Source: a virus (taxonomy: Duplodnaviria > Caudoviricetes). Taken from it: a stretch of DNA of 64,000 bases. A model generated the notes under the pieces. That model worked only from the letters and a program-made list of their open reading frames with translations. It was not told the DNA's origin and did no database searches. The first letter of the stretch is position 1; every line of letters starts with the position of its first letter. Where the stretch lies: positions 22,434 through 86,433 of the IMG/VR virus record IMGVR_UViG_2840949845_000002; one strand, 5' to 3'. Below are positions 7,460-17,345 of this stretch, in pieces. The translations under genes and the position numbers were made by a program.

Positions 7460-9805
7460 ATGATGGGAAGTATTGTTGGTTCTGTCTGGCGTGAACTTCG
7501 GGACCACCGGCGCAAAAACAAAGATATTATGGCGCTTTCTAGTGGATTTGGCTATAATGTATGCCGCCTATTCACCAACAAAAATTGGGTAGTACTGCCA
7601 ATTAATTTCATGCTTTATACTATTATTTCTTGCATTGCTTCAGTCTATATACCGCTTTCTCTGGAGGAGTCACAGGCTGGAACCGTCAAGGACATTGCCA
7701 GCTACATAATTTCCGCGCAGGTAACTTTGGTTGCACTTGCGATCCCAGTCATTATAGCCGGTGCTCAATTGCTGCTGAGCGCGCGGTCGGTCAAAGGGCG
7801 TGAATTCGATCTTGCTATTTTGCTTGATATTGGCAGGCCGCGTGAGATCACATCAAGCTCTCTTTTGCTCACTGCCGTGATGTTTTCTCTATTTTCATGG
7901 CCGCATGAAATCATCGCTGGTCCGATGCTAAGTGGTGCTCGTCCATATATTCTCGCTATTGCGGGGATCTGGTTTCTGGCTAACTTGGCTGGTTATGTGC
8001 ATTTCATCCATACCGCCCTTGATCTGGTCTCAAACGAGGGCCGCATCCGGCTGCGCAAGAGGGCAATTGCTTGGTTCGGATTCGATGAGGAAATAGGCGA
8101 CAATCGTCTTAGGGACCTCTGGTATGAGTTCCGCCAGGAACTTGAAGCGAGTGGTCTCGCCGGGACCTGGACCGTCGGGTGGGTGCCTCCCCTTAACGAG
8201 TCGTGGTTCGGATTTGCGCGCGCAGGTCGGATAAACGACGTCCGAACGACGGTTTTACGGATCGCGCTGCGCTGGCTTCGCTTCCGTAACGGTGACAAAT
8301 CGACGGTGGTGGGGATTGCCTTTTATTTAGGGAGTGACTGCAAGTCTGGCCAACATTTCCTCGTAGACAAGCGCCCGGATTTAATTGGTAGAATCTTACT
8401 GCGTTCATCCTTGAAAATCGGCGGGAGGGCGTCGTTTGGAAAGTCACGCTTTCGCCCAAGCGCGTTGCTGGAGGCTCTTGGGTCAGACGTGGAACATCAA
8501 ATTCTTACTGGGACCCCTGCGGACGCTGATGCGGCGTTCAGCGAATTATTGGATATGCTGCATGTACTGTTGCGGGCGTCGATGACCACGAATGGAAACT
8601 ATGCAACGAAAAATCCGATGATGTCATTGCTGAGGAATTGGGTTGATCCGGTCCATTCCTTAAGTTGGGTCGCGGCAGGCGCTCTGCAAAAATCACCGGA
8701 ATTTGCCTCTAACATCGCGGTGAAGCTGGCTCAAGCTTGTCGGCACGCGGTTACGGATAGATTCCCCCCTGAGATTGTTCGCGTCTTCGCGGAGGCGATA
8801 GGATTGCTGCTGTATCGCGTCTCTCGCCGCTCACATGAAGAAGGAAAAATTGAATCAATCGCACACCGCGAGTTCGTGAAACGGGGGGAGTGGGCGCTTG
8901 GATACCCACTGAACGCACTTTACCACGGGGCTGAATTTGACGATCCGTGGCGGGCTTTTCAACAGAGCGCCGAGACTCGGCTAATATTTGTTGGATTTCT
9001 GGCTTCCAACGTGAGCTATGTCGCATGGGTTAATGATTTGTACGCAGCAAGAAGCTATTTAACAGTATTTGCAAATTATTCTAAAGATATTGATGCATCA
9101 CGAGCGCCAATCGAATGGCGACGCATGCCCGATGATTTGTGGAAAAAGGACAGGGCGGAGGCCCGCACTATTTTGAGTGAATATGGCTCTGAGGACACGG
9201 CCATGGCTAATTGGCGGCGACAGGTATTGATAGATCGCTTGTTGCTGGCGCAGTTGGTTTGGGCGCAATGGATCGCTGAAGGCGCGCGCACGGATGATGA
9301 GTGGATAAAGCTCGTAACACGTCTTTCCAAAATTATTCGAGGTGATAAATATAGTATTTTTCGATATTTTCTCTCATTCGGTCATATCTTTCGCCGCTTC
9401 GTCGCTATGTGTGAAACAACCGACCAAGACGATCACGAGACTATCAATGAATTTGTGAGCAGTATCGACCGTGTGCGTGATTCCGATAAAGAGGGATTTT
9501 TTTATAGTGATGCTGTTCATCGAATAAAGGACCTTGTGCCTGGGTTAATCATACATGCCCTTGTCACCTTCGACGCGCAAGGGATGCAAGGAGCTGTGAA
9601 CGAAATCACGGAGGCCAAAAACTCTGGTATGATTGACGGCCAGAAAGCAAAAGAAATTTTCGATAGTCTTCATAGCATTTCTTGCGATCTGCCGAAGGGG
9701 ATCGTGGAAACGCTCAGCCCACATTTCTCCGATTGGACGGAGCGACTCGCGGCGCTTCAAGTATCTCTTCTTGCATGTAGAAGGATTTTTGACAGTGATC
9801 GTTGA
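7460..9805 (+). CDS. Large hypothetical membrane protein (moron)
   Basis: 781 aa, about 4 N-terminal TM segments, AT-richer than its flanks, opposite strand to the surrounding phage genes. Confidence 0.75.
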   Translation: MMGSIVGSVWRELRDHRRKNKDIMALSSGFGYNVCRLFTNKNWVVLPINFMLYTIISCIASVYIPLSLEESQAGTVKDIASYIISAQVTLVALAIPVIIAGAQLLLSARSVKGREFDLAILLDIGRPREITSSSLLLTAVMFSLFSWPHEIIAGPMLSGARPYILAIAGIWFLANLAGYVHFIHTALDLVSNEGRIRLRKRAIAWFGFDEEIGDNRLRDLWYEFRQELEASGLAGTWTVGWVPPLNESWFGFARAGRINDVRTTVLRIALRWLRFRNGDKSTVVGIAFYLGSDCKSGQHFLVDKRPDLIGRILLRSSLKIGGRASFGKSRFRPSALLEALGSDVEHQILTGTPADADAAFSELLDMLHVLLRASMTTNGNYATKNPMMSLLRNWVDPVHSLSWVAAGALQKSPEFASNIAVKLAQACRHAVTDRFPPEIVRVFAEAIGLLLYRVSRRSHEEGKIESIAHREFVKRGEWALGYPLNALYHGAEFDDPWRAFQQSAETRLIFVGFLASNVSYVAWVNDLYAARSYLTVFANYSKDIDASRAPIEWRRMPDDLWKKDRAEARTILSEYGSEDTAMANWRRQVLIDRLLLAQLVWAQWIAEGARTDDEWIKLVTRLSKIIRGDKYSIFRYFLSFGHIFRRFVAMCETTDQDDHETINEFVSSIDRVRDSDKEGFFYSDAVHRIKDLVPGLIIHALVTFDAQGMQGAVNEITEAKNSGMIDGQKAKEIFDSLHSISCDLPKGIVETLSPHFSDWTERLAALQVSLLACRRIFDSDR

Positions 9806-10006
9806 TGGAGTCACAGGGAACGGCAACGTTGGGGCATAGACCGTCAATTTTGGGGTGATTCGGTCTGTCAGCCCCCTACAGGCAACAACTGTCCACCAAA
9901 ACCGGATGGGTTCGTCCAATCGTCGGGACAAGAGTGCTTCAGCGGCCTCTACCGTGGGCTGGCGGTGGGATGGTCGCCGCGCCCACGGTTGGGGGTGGTG
10001 GGGTGG

Positions 10007-10819
10007 TTATTCGGTTTCTCGGTCGGGGCGGAAGGCCTTTTGCATCGCGATGGTGGCGTCGAGGATGCGCAGGCCGATGGTTCGGTCGATTTCTCTGGCG
10101 ACCAGGGTGCGCATGGTCTTGATGACGCGCAGGTCGGAATTGGTCAGGGGGCTGGACAGCAGGGGGTTGGGGTCCAGGTCGGTGTCGATGCCGCGACGCC
10201 AGAAATCCGCCGCCTTGCACGCGGCGCAGAAAGGCGGGTTGCGGGTTTCGGGGATTGAGTTCGCGCCGATCGGCGGCGTCAGCAGCGCGCGCAGCCGGAT
10301 CTGGTCGTCGCGTCCCAAGCTGCGGTAGGCCATGACCATCGATTCTTCCTCGGGCGCCAGCGTGCCGGGCAATCCGGTGGTTCTGGCGCCGGTCGCGGCG
10401 TCGAACACTTCGACCATCTGGATCGTCACCAACGCGGAGCGTTCGGTGTCCGACTTCGCCGTGATGTAGAGCGCTTGCTTTTTGGTGAGGTGGAAGGCGC
10501 CTTTGCTCGGGCGTCCACGTCGGCGGGGAAACTCCGCCGTGCGGCGGAGTTTCCGATCAGCGTCGGAAATAGGTTCATCTGGAGTGTGCGGCGCCTGCCG
10601 CGAACTGCGATTTTCCGGGACATCCCGGAAAACCTCTCCGAAGGTCATGAGCGCGGCCATGTGGCGTTCGATCAACCGACGAATATCATGAGGGTCCACC
10701 ATCCCCAACGCTTCGGCAAGCCGGAGGTCGCGGATGCGCGGCTCGTGATTGATCGTGGTGTCGATGTCGGTCGGTGATAACGCGGGCAAGGCTTGCCCGT
10801 TGTCGCCCATGATGTTCAT
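10007..10819 (-). CDS. Rha-like antirepressor/regulatory protein, copy 1
   Basis: EPRIRDLRLAEALG...IRRLIERH...GRP...HLTKKQALYITAKSDT; AGGAGG RBS; lies downstream of a C4-like RNA. Confidence 0.7.
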   Translation of the reverse strand: MNIMGDNGQALPALSPTDIDTTINHEPRIRDLRLAEALGMVDPHDIRRLIERHMAALMTFGEVFRDVPENRSSRQAPHTPDEPISDADRKLRRTAEFPRRRGRPSKGAFHLTKKQALYITAKSDTERSALVTIQMVEVFDAATGARTTGLPGTLAPEEESMVMAYRSLGRDDQIRLRALLTPPIGANSIPETRNPPFCAACKAADFWRRGIDTDLDPNPLLSSPLTNSDLRVIKTMRTLVAREIDRTIGLRILDATIAMQKAFRPDRETE

Positions 10820-10878
10820 GGCGATGGCCTCCTGTGCGGCATTGCCGACGGAGGGCTGCTTTCTAGGACAACCCTGGC

Positions 10879-10953
10879 GCCGGGGGCTAGAAACCTGTCA
10901 CAGGTCAGGCCGGACTATTCCCCTTGCGGGTCTTGTATTATCCGACCCCCGGC
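10879..10953 (-). ncRNA. C4-type antisense RNA, copy 1 (seeds CCUGUG and UUUCUAG)
   Basis: 75 nt closed by GCCGGGGG/CCCCCGGC, CCC-GCAA-GGG hairpin, GGCCUG-loop-CAGGUU stem; complementary targets at 11027-11046, 10859-10867 and 10831-10836. Confidence 0.8.
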
Positions 10954-11026
10954 AAAGGGGTATGCACCGGACGGACTCCGGGCACGAAAATGGCCGCATC
11001 GCGAAAAACGCGCGGACGGCCTGCCG

Positions 11027-11086
11027 CCTGTAAGGAGGTTTCTAAGCTCCGGGGCGAAGAATGGCTCCGCTGGGCGGCAGGGTCAA
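11027..11086 (-). promoter_or_regulatory. Promoter (-35 TTGACC) and upstream C4 target pair of cassette 1
   Basis: TTGACC at 11086-11081; targets TTAGAAAC and TTACAGG downstream on the - strand. Confidence 0.6.
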
Positions 11087-11329
11087 GGGCGTCCCGTCAA
11101 CGCGGCGTGGACTCGCGTGTATTTCTGTGAAAGAACGCAACCAATCTTTCCGGTCCTTGCACCTGGGCCAGTCGGACCGACGCGGCGAGTCAGCGCTGCG
11201 CCGGCTGGGCAACTGTCGCCCTCTGATACGGTCGCGCAACGCGGAGAAGGGGCCACCGGCGGCCGGAAAGACCATCGTTCGCGTGGCGATGGGGTGATCG
11301 CGACACCCCGCCGCGATTGCGCGCCCGGC

Positions 11330-12100
11330 TCATGCCCCCAGCGAGGCGTTGTGCAGGGCGATGACGTGACGAACGATGTCGGCGGCGGCGGGATCATGGG
11401 GCACCACCACCAGCAGCGTCAGCGCCGTGCCGGTTCCCCAATCGACCAGGATGGCCCCCGGATCGCTGGCGGCGTTGGACCAGGGGCGGTTGATCGCCGC
11501 CTGGACGCCAACCGGCTTGGGCGGCTCCACGCTGGGCGGCGGCGGCGACTCGGCGTCGATGAGCGGCGGCGGCAGGGCGGGACCGTCCGCGTTCGGCCAG
11601 ATCGCGGCGCCGGTTGGCCGCTGGGGCGGCGGTTCGGCCCCGGAAAACAGATCGGCCGGACGCGGCCCGGCAGCCGGTTCAGGCTTGGGCGCCTTGAACG
11701 CCTCCACCTCCGCGCGGGTCACGTCGGGGCGGATCACGCCCTGCGCGACCGCCTCCTCGCGCACCTCCTCAGGCAGGGTGGCTATGACGTAGAGCGTGCT
11801 GTAGGCCTCCGGCAACTGGTCCAGCGGCACCTTCCCCGCATCGACGAATTCCGCCACCTCGCGCAGCTTGCGCGCGGTGGACGGGCCGAACGGCAGGTCG
11901 GCCTGCACCATCGCCTCATACTCGCCGTGGGGCAGAGCGGCTTTCGCCTCGTTCAGCCGTCGGCCCACCTGCACGGTGGATTCCAGGGCGTTGGTCCATT
12001 CGCGGCGGATGTCGGCCACGAACTCCGCGCGGCTGGTCAGCGCGCGCGGCGCGTTCAGCATCGAAAGCCGGGTGTTCCCCAAACGGCGGGCGTTGGTCAT
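11330..12100 (-). CDS. DUF3102-like DNA-binding protein (possible ParA partner)
   Basis: VGRRLNEAKAALPHGEYEAMVQADLPFGPSTARKL motif; starts 1 nt after the parA stop. Confidence 0.65.
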   Translation of the reverse strand: MTNARRLGNTRLSMLNAPRALTSRAEFVADIRREWTNALESTVQVGRRLNEAKAALPHGEYEAMVQADLPFGPSTARKLREVAEFVDAGKVPLDQLPEAYSTLYVIATLPEEVREEAVAQGVIRPDVTRAEVEAFKAPKPEPAAGPRPADLFSGAEPPPQRPTGAAIWPNADGPALPPPLIDAESPPPPSVEPPKPVGVQAAINRPWSNAASDPGAILVDWGTGTALTLLVVVPHDPAAADIVRHVIALHNASLGA

Positions 12101-12101
12101 G

Positions 12102-12722
12102 TCAGATCCCCATCTCTTCGGCCAAATAGGCCCACAGGTCGCGGAACAAGGGGCCGGTGCGGGTTCCGGCGATCTCCGCCGTTCCCAGCCCGGCGGTGAA
12201 GCTGCGCGGCACCTCCTGAAGCTGGGGGATCATGACCGGGGCCAGAGTCCCCATCCTCCCCACGATCTCCCGCGCGTCCACGGTCTCGCGCAGGCGCGGC
12301 TGGATCTGGCTCAACAGCAACCGAATCGGGCGACGCCGGGCGCGCAGATAGGGGAGCATCGCGTCCATGCTGACCAGATCCTCCGGGCCGGGGCGCACGG
12401 GGGCCAGCACCAGATCGGCGGAGTCGAACAGGATCGCCGTCGGGCCGGGGAAGACCTCAATCGCCGTCGGCGTGTCGATCACCAGCAGATCCAGCCCGTC
12501 GGGCGTCGGGGCGCGGTCGATCGCCGACAACAATCGGTGTTCATGCGCGATCACCACCGCGTCGCCGGGCCGCTGGCCATGCCAGAAGGTCAGCGACCCT
12601 TGCGGATCCGTGTCCAGAGTTCCCACCCGCAGCCCTGCCACCGCCGCCGCCACCGCCAGATTCCGCGCCGTCGCCGTTTTCGGCCCGCCGCCCTTGCCCT
12701 GAACCACCAGGATGGTTTTCAT
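12102..12722 (-). CDS. parA: ParA family ATPase (short ParF type)
   Basis: QGKGGGPKT deviant Walker A, LDTDPQGSL, LLVIDTP, ADLVLAP. Confidence 0.85.
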   Translation of the reverse strand: MKTILVVQGKGGGPKTATARNLAVAAAVAGLRVGTLDTDPQGSLTFWHGQRPGDAVVIAHEHRLLSAIDRAPTPDGLDLLVIDTPTAIEVFPGPTAILFDSADLVLAPVRPGPEDLVSMDAMLPYLRARRRPIRLLLSQIQPRLRETVDAREIVGRMGTLAPVMIPQLQEVPRSFTAGLGTAEIAGTRTGPLFRDLWAYLAEEMGI

Positions 12723-12846
12723 CGCCGCGCCCCCCGCCGGAAACCGTTCACCGGGGAACGATTCCCCGCCCCCACCGGGCGCGCGCCGTCGCGCGTCCGG
12801 CCCATTGATCCATCGAATGGCATCTCTCGCGCTCCAAAGGCTGGAA

Positions 12847-13632
12847 TCAGTGGGACGTGAAGTGCGGAGCGCCCGCGCGCCATTGCGTGGTCTTGACCGA
12901 CAGGATTTCGCCGATCTGGTCGCGCACATCCGCCTTGCCGGTGACGTCCCACAATTCCGCCATCACCCGGTTGATCTCGACCATCAACTCCGTCGCCCGT
13001 TCCAACGCGATCTGGACGTCCACCGGCAGAGCCAGAAAGCCGGGCGCCCAGGTCGGCGGGGAGAGTCTCGACCGGATTTGCGGCCGCGCCGTCAGTTGGG
13101 GACGGCGCCGCCCCCCTTGGATGACGGGTTGGATCGGCTGGCCCCGCCGCAGCGCGTCGAGGGCGGCGCCGGTCAGCGTGTTGCGGACCCGCGTTTCCTC
13201 CAGCGCGGCGGCCATGCGGGCGCGCTCGTCGATCCGATCCAGGTCGGCCTTGGTCAGCGCCGGGACGGGCGGCGGCGACGCCCGACCGCTGGTCACGGTG
13301 TCGAACACCTCGACGATCTGGATCGTGATCTCGGTCGCCCGTTCCGTCTCGGCCTTGGTCGCGATGTAGATCGCCTGTTTCTTCGTCAGCCAGAATTCGG
13401 CGGCGGGGCGCCCGCGTCCGGGATTTTTCCGCACGGTGCGGAAAATTCCGCCAAGCCGCTCCAGCGCCTCTCGGTGGCGCTCAATCAGCGGGCGGATATC
13501 AGCGGAACGCTTGAAACCCAGCGCTTCGGCCAAGCGCAGATCCAGAATGCGCGGCTCGCCGTTGATGGTGGTGTCGATGTCGGACTGTGATAATCCGGGC
13601 AAAGCTTGCCCGTTGTCGCCCATGCTGTTCAT
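12847..13632 (-). CDS. Rha-like antirepressor/regulatory protein, copy 2
   Basis: N-terminal domain closely similar to copy 1 (MNSMGDNGQALPGLS...EPRILDLRLAEALG...WLTKKQAIYIATKAET); unrelated C-terminus. Confidence 0.7.
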   Translation of the reverse strand: MNSMGDNGQALPGLSQSDIDTTINGEPRILDLRLAEALGFKRSADIRPLIERHREALERLGGIFRTVRKNPGRGRPAAEFWLTKKQAIYIATKAETERATEITIQIVEVFDTVTSGRASPPPVPALTKADLDRIDERARMAAALEETRVRNTLTGAALDALRRGQPIQPVIQGGRRRPQLTARPQIRSRLSPPTWAPGFLALPVDVQIALERATELMVEINRVMAELWDVTGKADVRDQIGEILSVKTTQWRAGAPHFTSH

Positions 13633-13691
13633 GGCGATAGCCCCCTTGTCGGCATTGCCGGCGGAGGGCCGCTTGTCACGACGACCCTGGC

Positions 13692-13766
13692 GCCGGGGGC
13701 TGACAACCTGACAAGGACAGGCCGGACTATTTCCCTTGCGGGTGTTGCATTCATCCGTCCCCCGGC
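13692..13766 (-). ncRNA. C4-type antisense RNA, copy 2 (seeds CCUUGU and UUGUCAG)
   Basis: Same 75 nt scaffold as copy 1; targets at 13841-13860, 13673-13679 and 13644-13650; TTGACG -35 at 13902-13897. Confidence 0.8.
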
Positions 13767-13997
13767 ATAGGGGCATGCGCCGGACAGAATCCGGGCATGA
13801 AAATAGCCGCATCGCGAAAAAACGCGCGGGCGGCTTGCCGCCTTGTCATGGAGTTGTCAGGCTCCGGGGGGAAGAGTCGCTCCGTTGGGTGGGCCGCGTC
13901 AAGGGGCGCAGTGTTGCATTTTCCGCGAACGGTGCGCGGAAATTCCGGCAAACCGTTCCAAATCTCCTGCTGCAGTATTTACACGAGAAAAGCGCTT

Positions 13998-16223
13998 TCA
14001 AAGACGAACAGGAATATCAATAACCGGCGCAAGTTGCTCAAGTGTAGTTCTGTAACGGCGCACCACCTGATCGTAGATGTCTGGCACTCGTGGAGCTTTT
14101 ACAGTTACGATAAGTGCATACCTCAGCTTTTCGGCGGGCCTAAAATCTTGTCCGCCTGCTCGAGCGTTATAGTGGATATCAAAAACAGGATCTTTCAAGC
14201 TCTTTCCTCGGAATGACTGGGTATGATGCAAACAGTTATCCCACTTGTGTGCGTCGCGACGTAGTTCATCCTCAGTGGCATAGAGCTTGCCCTGCTTAAA
14301 GAAGCTTGTTGTTTTAGGGTGTATGGATTCCCCATCAATCTTATCTTTATTTGGTCGGAATAATACCTCAAGTCCTGCTCTTGTATAGTTGCTTGGGTGA
14401 TGTGGATCTACAGTGGATGCGTAGCAAATCGTTGCTGATATCTCAACCATTCCACTTAATTGATCGGCTGGGACAGGAATTTGAGCTCTGATGTATTTGG
14501 ATGCGCTTATTTCACCCTGGTAAACAACCCGAACCACGCCGGGAGCGCACACAACAATTTCCTCAAGATCCCGAGCTACGCGTCCCCAGCCAACTTCCGT
14601 ACGTGGATAGCCGCTCGGGGTGCTCGTATGAACAAGCAGTGCATTGATCGCCAACCCTCGGAGAGAATCGCCAAAGTGAGCCCTGATGCCCATCCCCATG
14701 CGCATTGTGTCTGGAGCGGCAAAGCTTGTCCCACCGGTCGGCATGAGTGTTGGGACTGAGCCAGGCCCCAGCACCAGATAGGGCTCGGCTATAGAACCAC
14801 CGAAGCTGACGAGCGAGGGCTTGACTCGACCAGGGCTTCTTCCTGGACCTATTGAACTGTAGGGTGCCCTTTTCCATGCAGAACTGCGAGAATCAGCAGC
14901 GCCAATTGATAATGCATTGACACAATCAGCTGGAACTTGAATGCGGTTGTAACCGTTATCCGCGTCGCGCTCTCCTCCATTTCCTACCGCGATAGTCGCC
15001 AGGGTTTCACCATCTGATAGGTATTCATCAAGAACTGCTGTCCACGCGTGGATCTCATCATCCTCGACTGGCAACTCTGGGCCGATACTAAAGTTGATAA
15101 AATCATAACGCTTACTTGCGAGTGCATCTTGAATACGCTGCAATGTTTCATAAAGCTCCAACGGATTTTGGTTCAGATCTCCGTCAAGAACTCTGTAGTG
15201 ATCAACTCGTGCATACGGAAGGGGTAAAGGAAGTCCAGGCGTAATATGGCCGAAAAGAGCTGCCGATGTCACATTAAGCCCGTGCTCAAGATAGTCGTCT
15301 TCAGCTGGACCAATGCCACTCGGTTCGATAGCTGTTGCCCAAGCAGAAACTGGATGATCATGAGGCAGTCCACCATCAAAGATGGCCGCCTTGATAGAAG
15401 GATCAATAGGCGGTCCTTTGGGCAATGCAATTGACGGCGTAGATGGGATTGACGACGAACGGAAAGGTGGTCGTAACAGCCGAAGCTTTGGCATTTCTCT
15501 AACCGCCCGAACAAAGCTATAGGCTGCTAGATATTCTGCTTGCTTGCGAGAAGCGCTGACAGGGACAAAGCTCACGCCCGACGATGTGATTCTATGATCA
15601 AGGTCTGGCTTAAATCCTAACCCGTGAACGTAATCAACAAAACCCTCTAGGACGAAAGAATCGACCATTGATCCGCCACCATGCAGGGCCACTTCAAAGA
15701 CAATTTCTTCCGATTCCGATGTAATACTCTTCAGTTTTTCGGCAGGTTCTGGTGCCGACAACTGTTCGATGGCGGTTAGTTCGTCAGCTCCCGACGATCC
15801 AGCCCACCAATCCGGGATTGACGTCGACCAGTCACGAAACGCTCGTCGAGATCCCGCGACGAAGAGCTCCGTCGTAAGAGCTTCCTCCGGTTCCCGGCCC
15901 TTGCTGCGCGCTGCTGGGAGTATTCTACGAGGACGACTTCCAACGGCTCGAAGGCCGACCGCTGTCAAGAGCTTGCCGGGAAAATAAGATTTCGCAATGT
16001 ATTCTGGATGCAAGGTCATCCGCATAACAGCATGATCATGCGGACAAGCTTTCTCTGGTAGCGCATCAAGGCTCCTAACCGCTGCCGATAACATTGGCGT
16101 AAGGCGCGACTGCGCTTGAAAGAACGTGTATGGGGCCTGTTTATCAGGATTTCCTGTGCGAACGATTACTGGCTCCGTTAATCGCTCACCCTTGCCCAGC
16201 AGAAAGTTTCTCTTGTTCGACAT
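13998..16223 (-). CDS. ietS: S8 (subtilisin-like) serine protease, IetS-like
   Basis: Catalytic triad motifs IFDGG, EHGLNV, GGTSFAAP; oxyanion motif AVGNGG; directly downstream of an AAA ATPase. Confidence 0.8.
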   Translation of the reverse strand: MSNKRNFLLGKGERLTEPVIVRTGNPDKQAPYTFFQAQSRLTPMLSAAVRSLDALPEKACPHDHAVMRMTLHPEYIAKSYFPGKLLTAVGLRAVGSRPRRILPAARSKGREPEEALTTELFVAGSRRAFRDWSTSIPDWWAGSSGADELTAIEQLSAPEPAEKLKSITSESEEIVFEVALHGGGSMVDSFVLEGFVDYVHGLGFKPDLDHRITSSGVSFVPVSASRKQAEYLAAYSFVRAVREMPKLRLLRPPFRSSSIPSTPSIALPKGPPIDPSIKAAIFDGGLPHDHPVSAWATAIEPSGIGPAEDDYLEHGLNVTSAALFGHITPGLPLPLPYARVDHYRVLDGDLNQNPLELYETLQRIQDALASKRYDFINFSIGPELPVEDDEIHAWTAVLDEYLSDGETLATIAVGNGGERDADNGYNRIQVPADCVNALSIGAADSRSSAWKRAPYSSIGPGRSPGRVKPSLVSFGGSIAEPYLVLGPGSVPTLMPTGGTSFAAPDTMRMGMGIRAHFGDSLRGLAINALLVHTSTPSGYPRTEVGWGRVARDLEEIVVCAPGVVRVVYQGEISASKYIRAQIPVPADQLSGMVEISATICYASTVDPHHPSNYTRAGLEVLFRPNKDKIDGESIHPKTTSFFKQGKLYATEDELRRDAHKWDNCLHHTQSFRGKSLKDPVFDIHYNARAGGQDFRPAEKLRYALIVTVKAPRVPDIYDQVVRRYRTTLEQLAPVIDIPVRL

Positions 16224-16226
16224 GTT

Positions 16227-17345
16227 TTAATCCTCAAATTTATCATGCGTTCTGCATGCGTTCCTGATGGTATCTCTGCTGATCCCCGTAAGCTCAGACA
16301 CTTGCCGTTGTGATAAGATATCTCCAAGAACCATTTCTGAAGCAATTGCCAGTCTATTAGGTTTGTCGATTTCCATTATTCGTTCTCGGAGAATTTGTTG
16401 CAGATGAATTGATAGAGGTTGCTCACTTAGCGCTGCTGCCCTTCTGGCCGCATTTACCCGTCTCTCTACGTCACTGAAAGACAGCCCATGGAAAACTATA
16501 GACATCGCTCGCACCCAATGATTTGACTTTTCAACGTGCTCAGTTAATAGGGCGTCGAGAAGAGCCTGAAGACCAGATATATCTGGCATCGGAAAATCAA
16601 CCACAATTTCAAATCGACGCCAAACGGCAGGATCTAGCAATCCAGCATGATTTGTTGCTGCAATTAGCAAACCTGTTGGCGGCCAGTCATCAATTTCTTG
16701 AAGAAGAACAGTTACAAGACGCTTTAGCTCTCCAATTTCACTTCCATCATCCCGTCTTTTTGCAATTGCATCCAGTTCATCCAAAAGAAGAACGCAATCT
16801 ATTTTCTTTGCATAATCAAGAACGTTGCGGATGTTGTTCCCTGTGCGCCCCAGGTAACTACTCATTACAGCGGCCAGATCAAGAACAAGCAGCGGCCGCC
16901 CCATTTCATGAGCAAGCCAGCGGGCTGATAGCGTTTTTCCCACACCCGGAGGGCCTGTGAAAAGCACGGTACGTGTTGGGTTGAGCCCCACAGCGGCAAG
17001 GCGGTCGGAATTGAGACGCTCAAGCATTAATTGGCTCAATCGCTCCTTGATCTGAGGGGCAAGAACCGGCGGATGATCAATGCCTGTGACCGTCTCTACT
17101 CGGAGAAGCTCCAGTCGAGAGTCCACATCGACTGGGAGAGGTTGCTCTGCCTGCCGACGGAGAGGGGAGGACCTCGTCGGCGCCTCGCGCAACAGCGATG
17201 TTAAGCCATCCCCGAGTTCAGGAACCTGTTGCCCGTACTTCTTTGCAGCACGATGGATGAAGAGTTGCACATCCTGCTGGCGCCCTGAGAGCGCCAAGCG
17301 GGAAAGGCGGACGAAATCAGACGAAATTTCCTTTTGGAAGTCCAC
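16227..17345 (-). CDS. ietA: AAA+ ATPase, IetA-like
   Basis: GPPGVGKT, LLLDELDAIAKRR, AATNH, LDPAVWRRF; 3 nt from the S8 protease; GTG start inferred. Confidence 0.85.
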   Translation of the reverse strand: MDFQKEISSDFVRLSRLALSGRQQDVQLFIHRAAKKYGQQVPELGDGLTSLLREAPTRSSPLRRQAEQPLPVDVDSRLELLRVETVTGIDHPPVLAPQIKERLSQLMLERLNSDRLAAVGLNPTRTVLFTGPPGVGKTLSARWLAHEMGRPLLVLDLAAVMSSYLGRTGNNIRNVLDYAKKIDCVLLLDELDAIAKRRDDGSEIGELKRLVTVLLQEIDDWPPTGLLIAATNHAGLLDPAVWRRFEIVVDFPMPDISGLQALLDALLTEHVEKSNHWVRAMSIVFHGLSFSDVERRVNAARRAAALSEQPLSIHLQQILRERIMEIDKPNRLAIASEMVLGDILSQRQVSELTGISRDTIRNACRTHDKFED

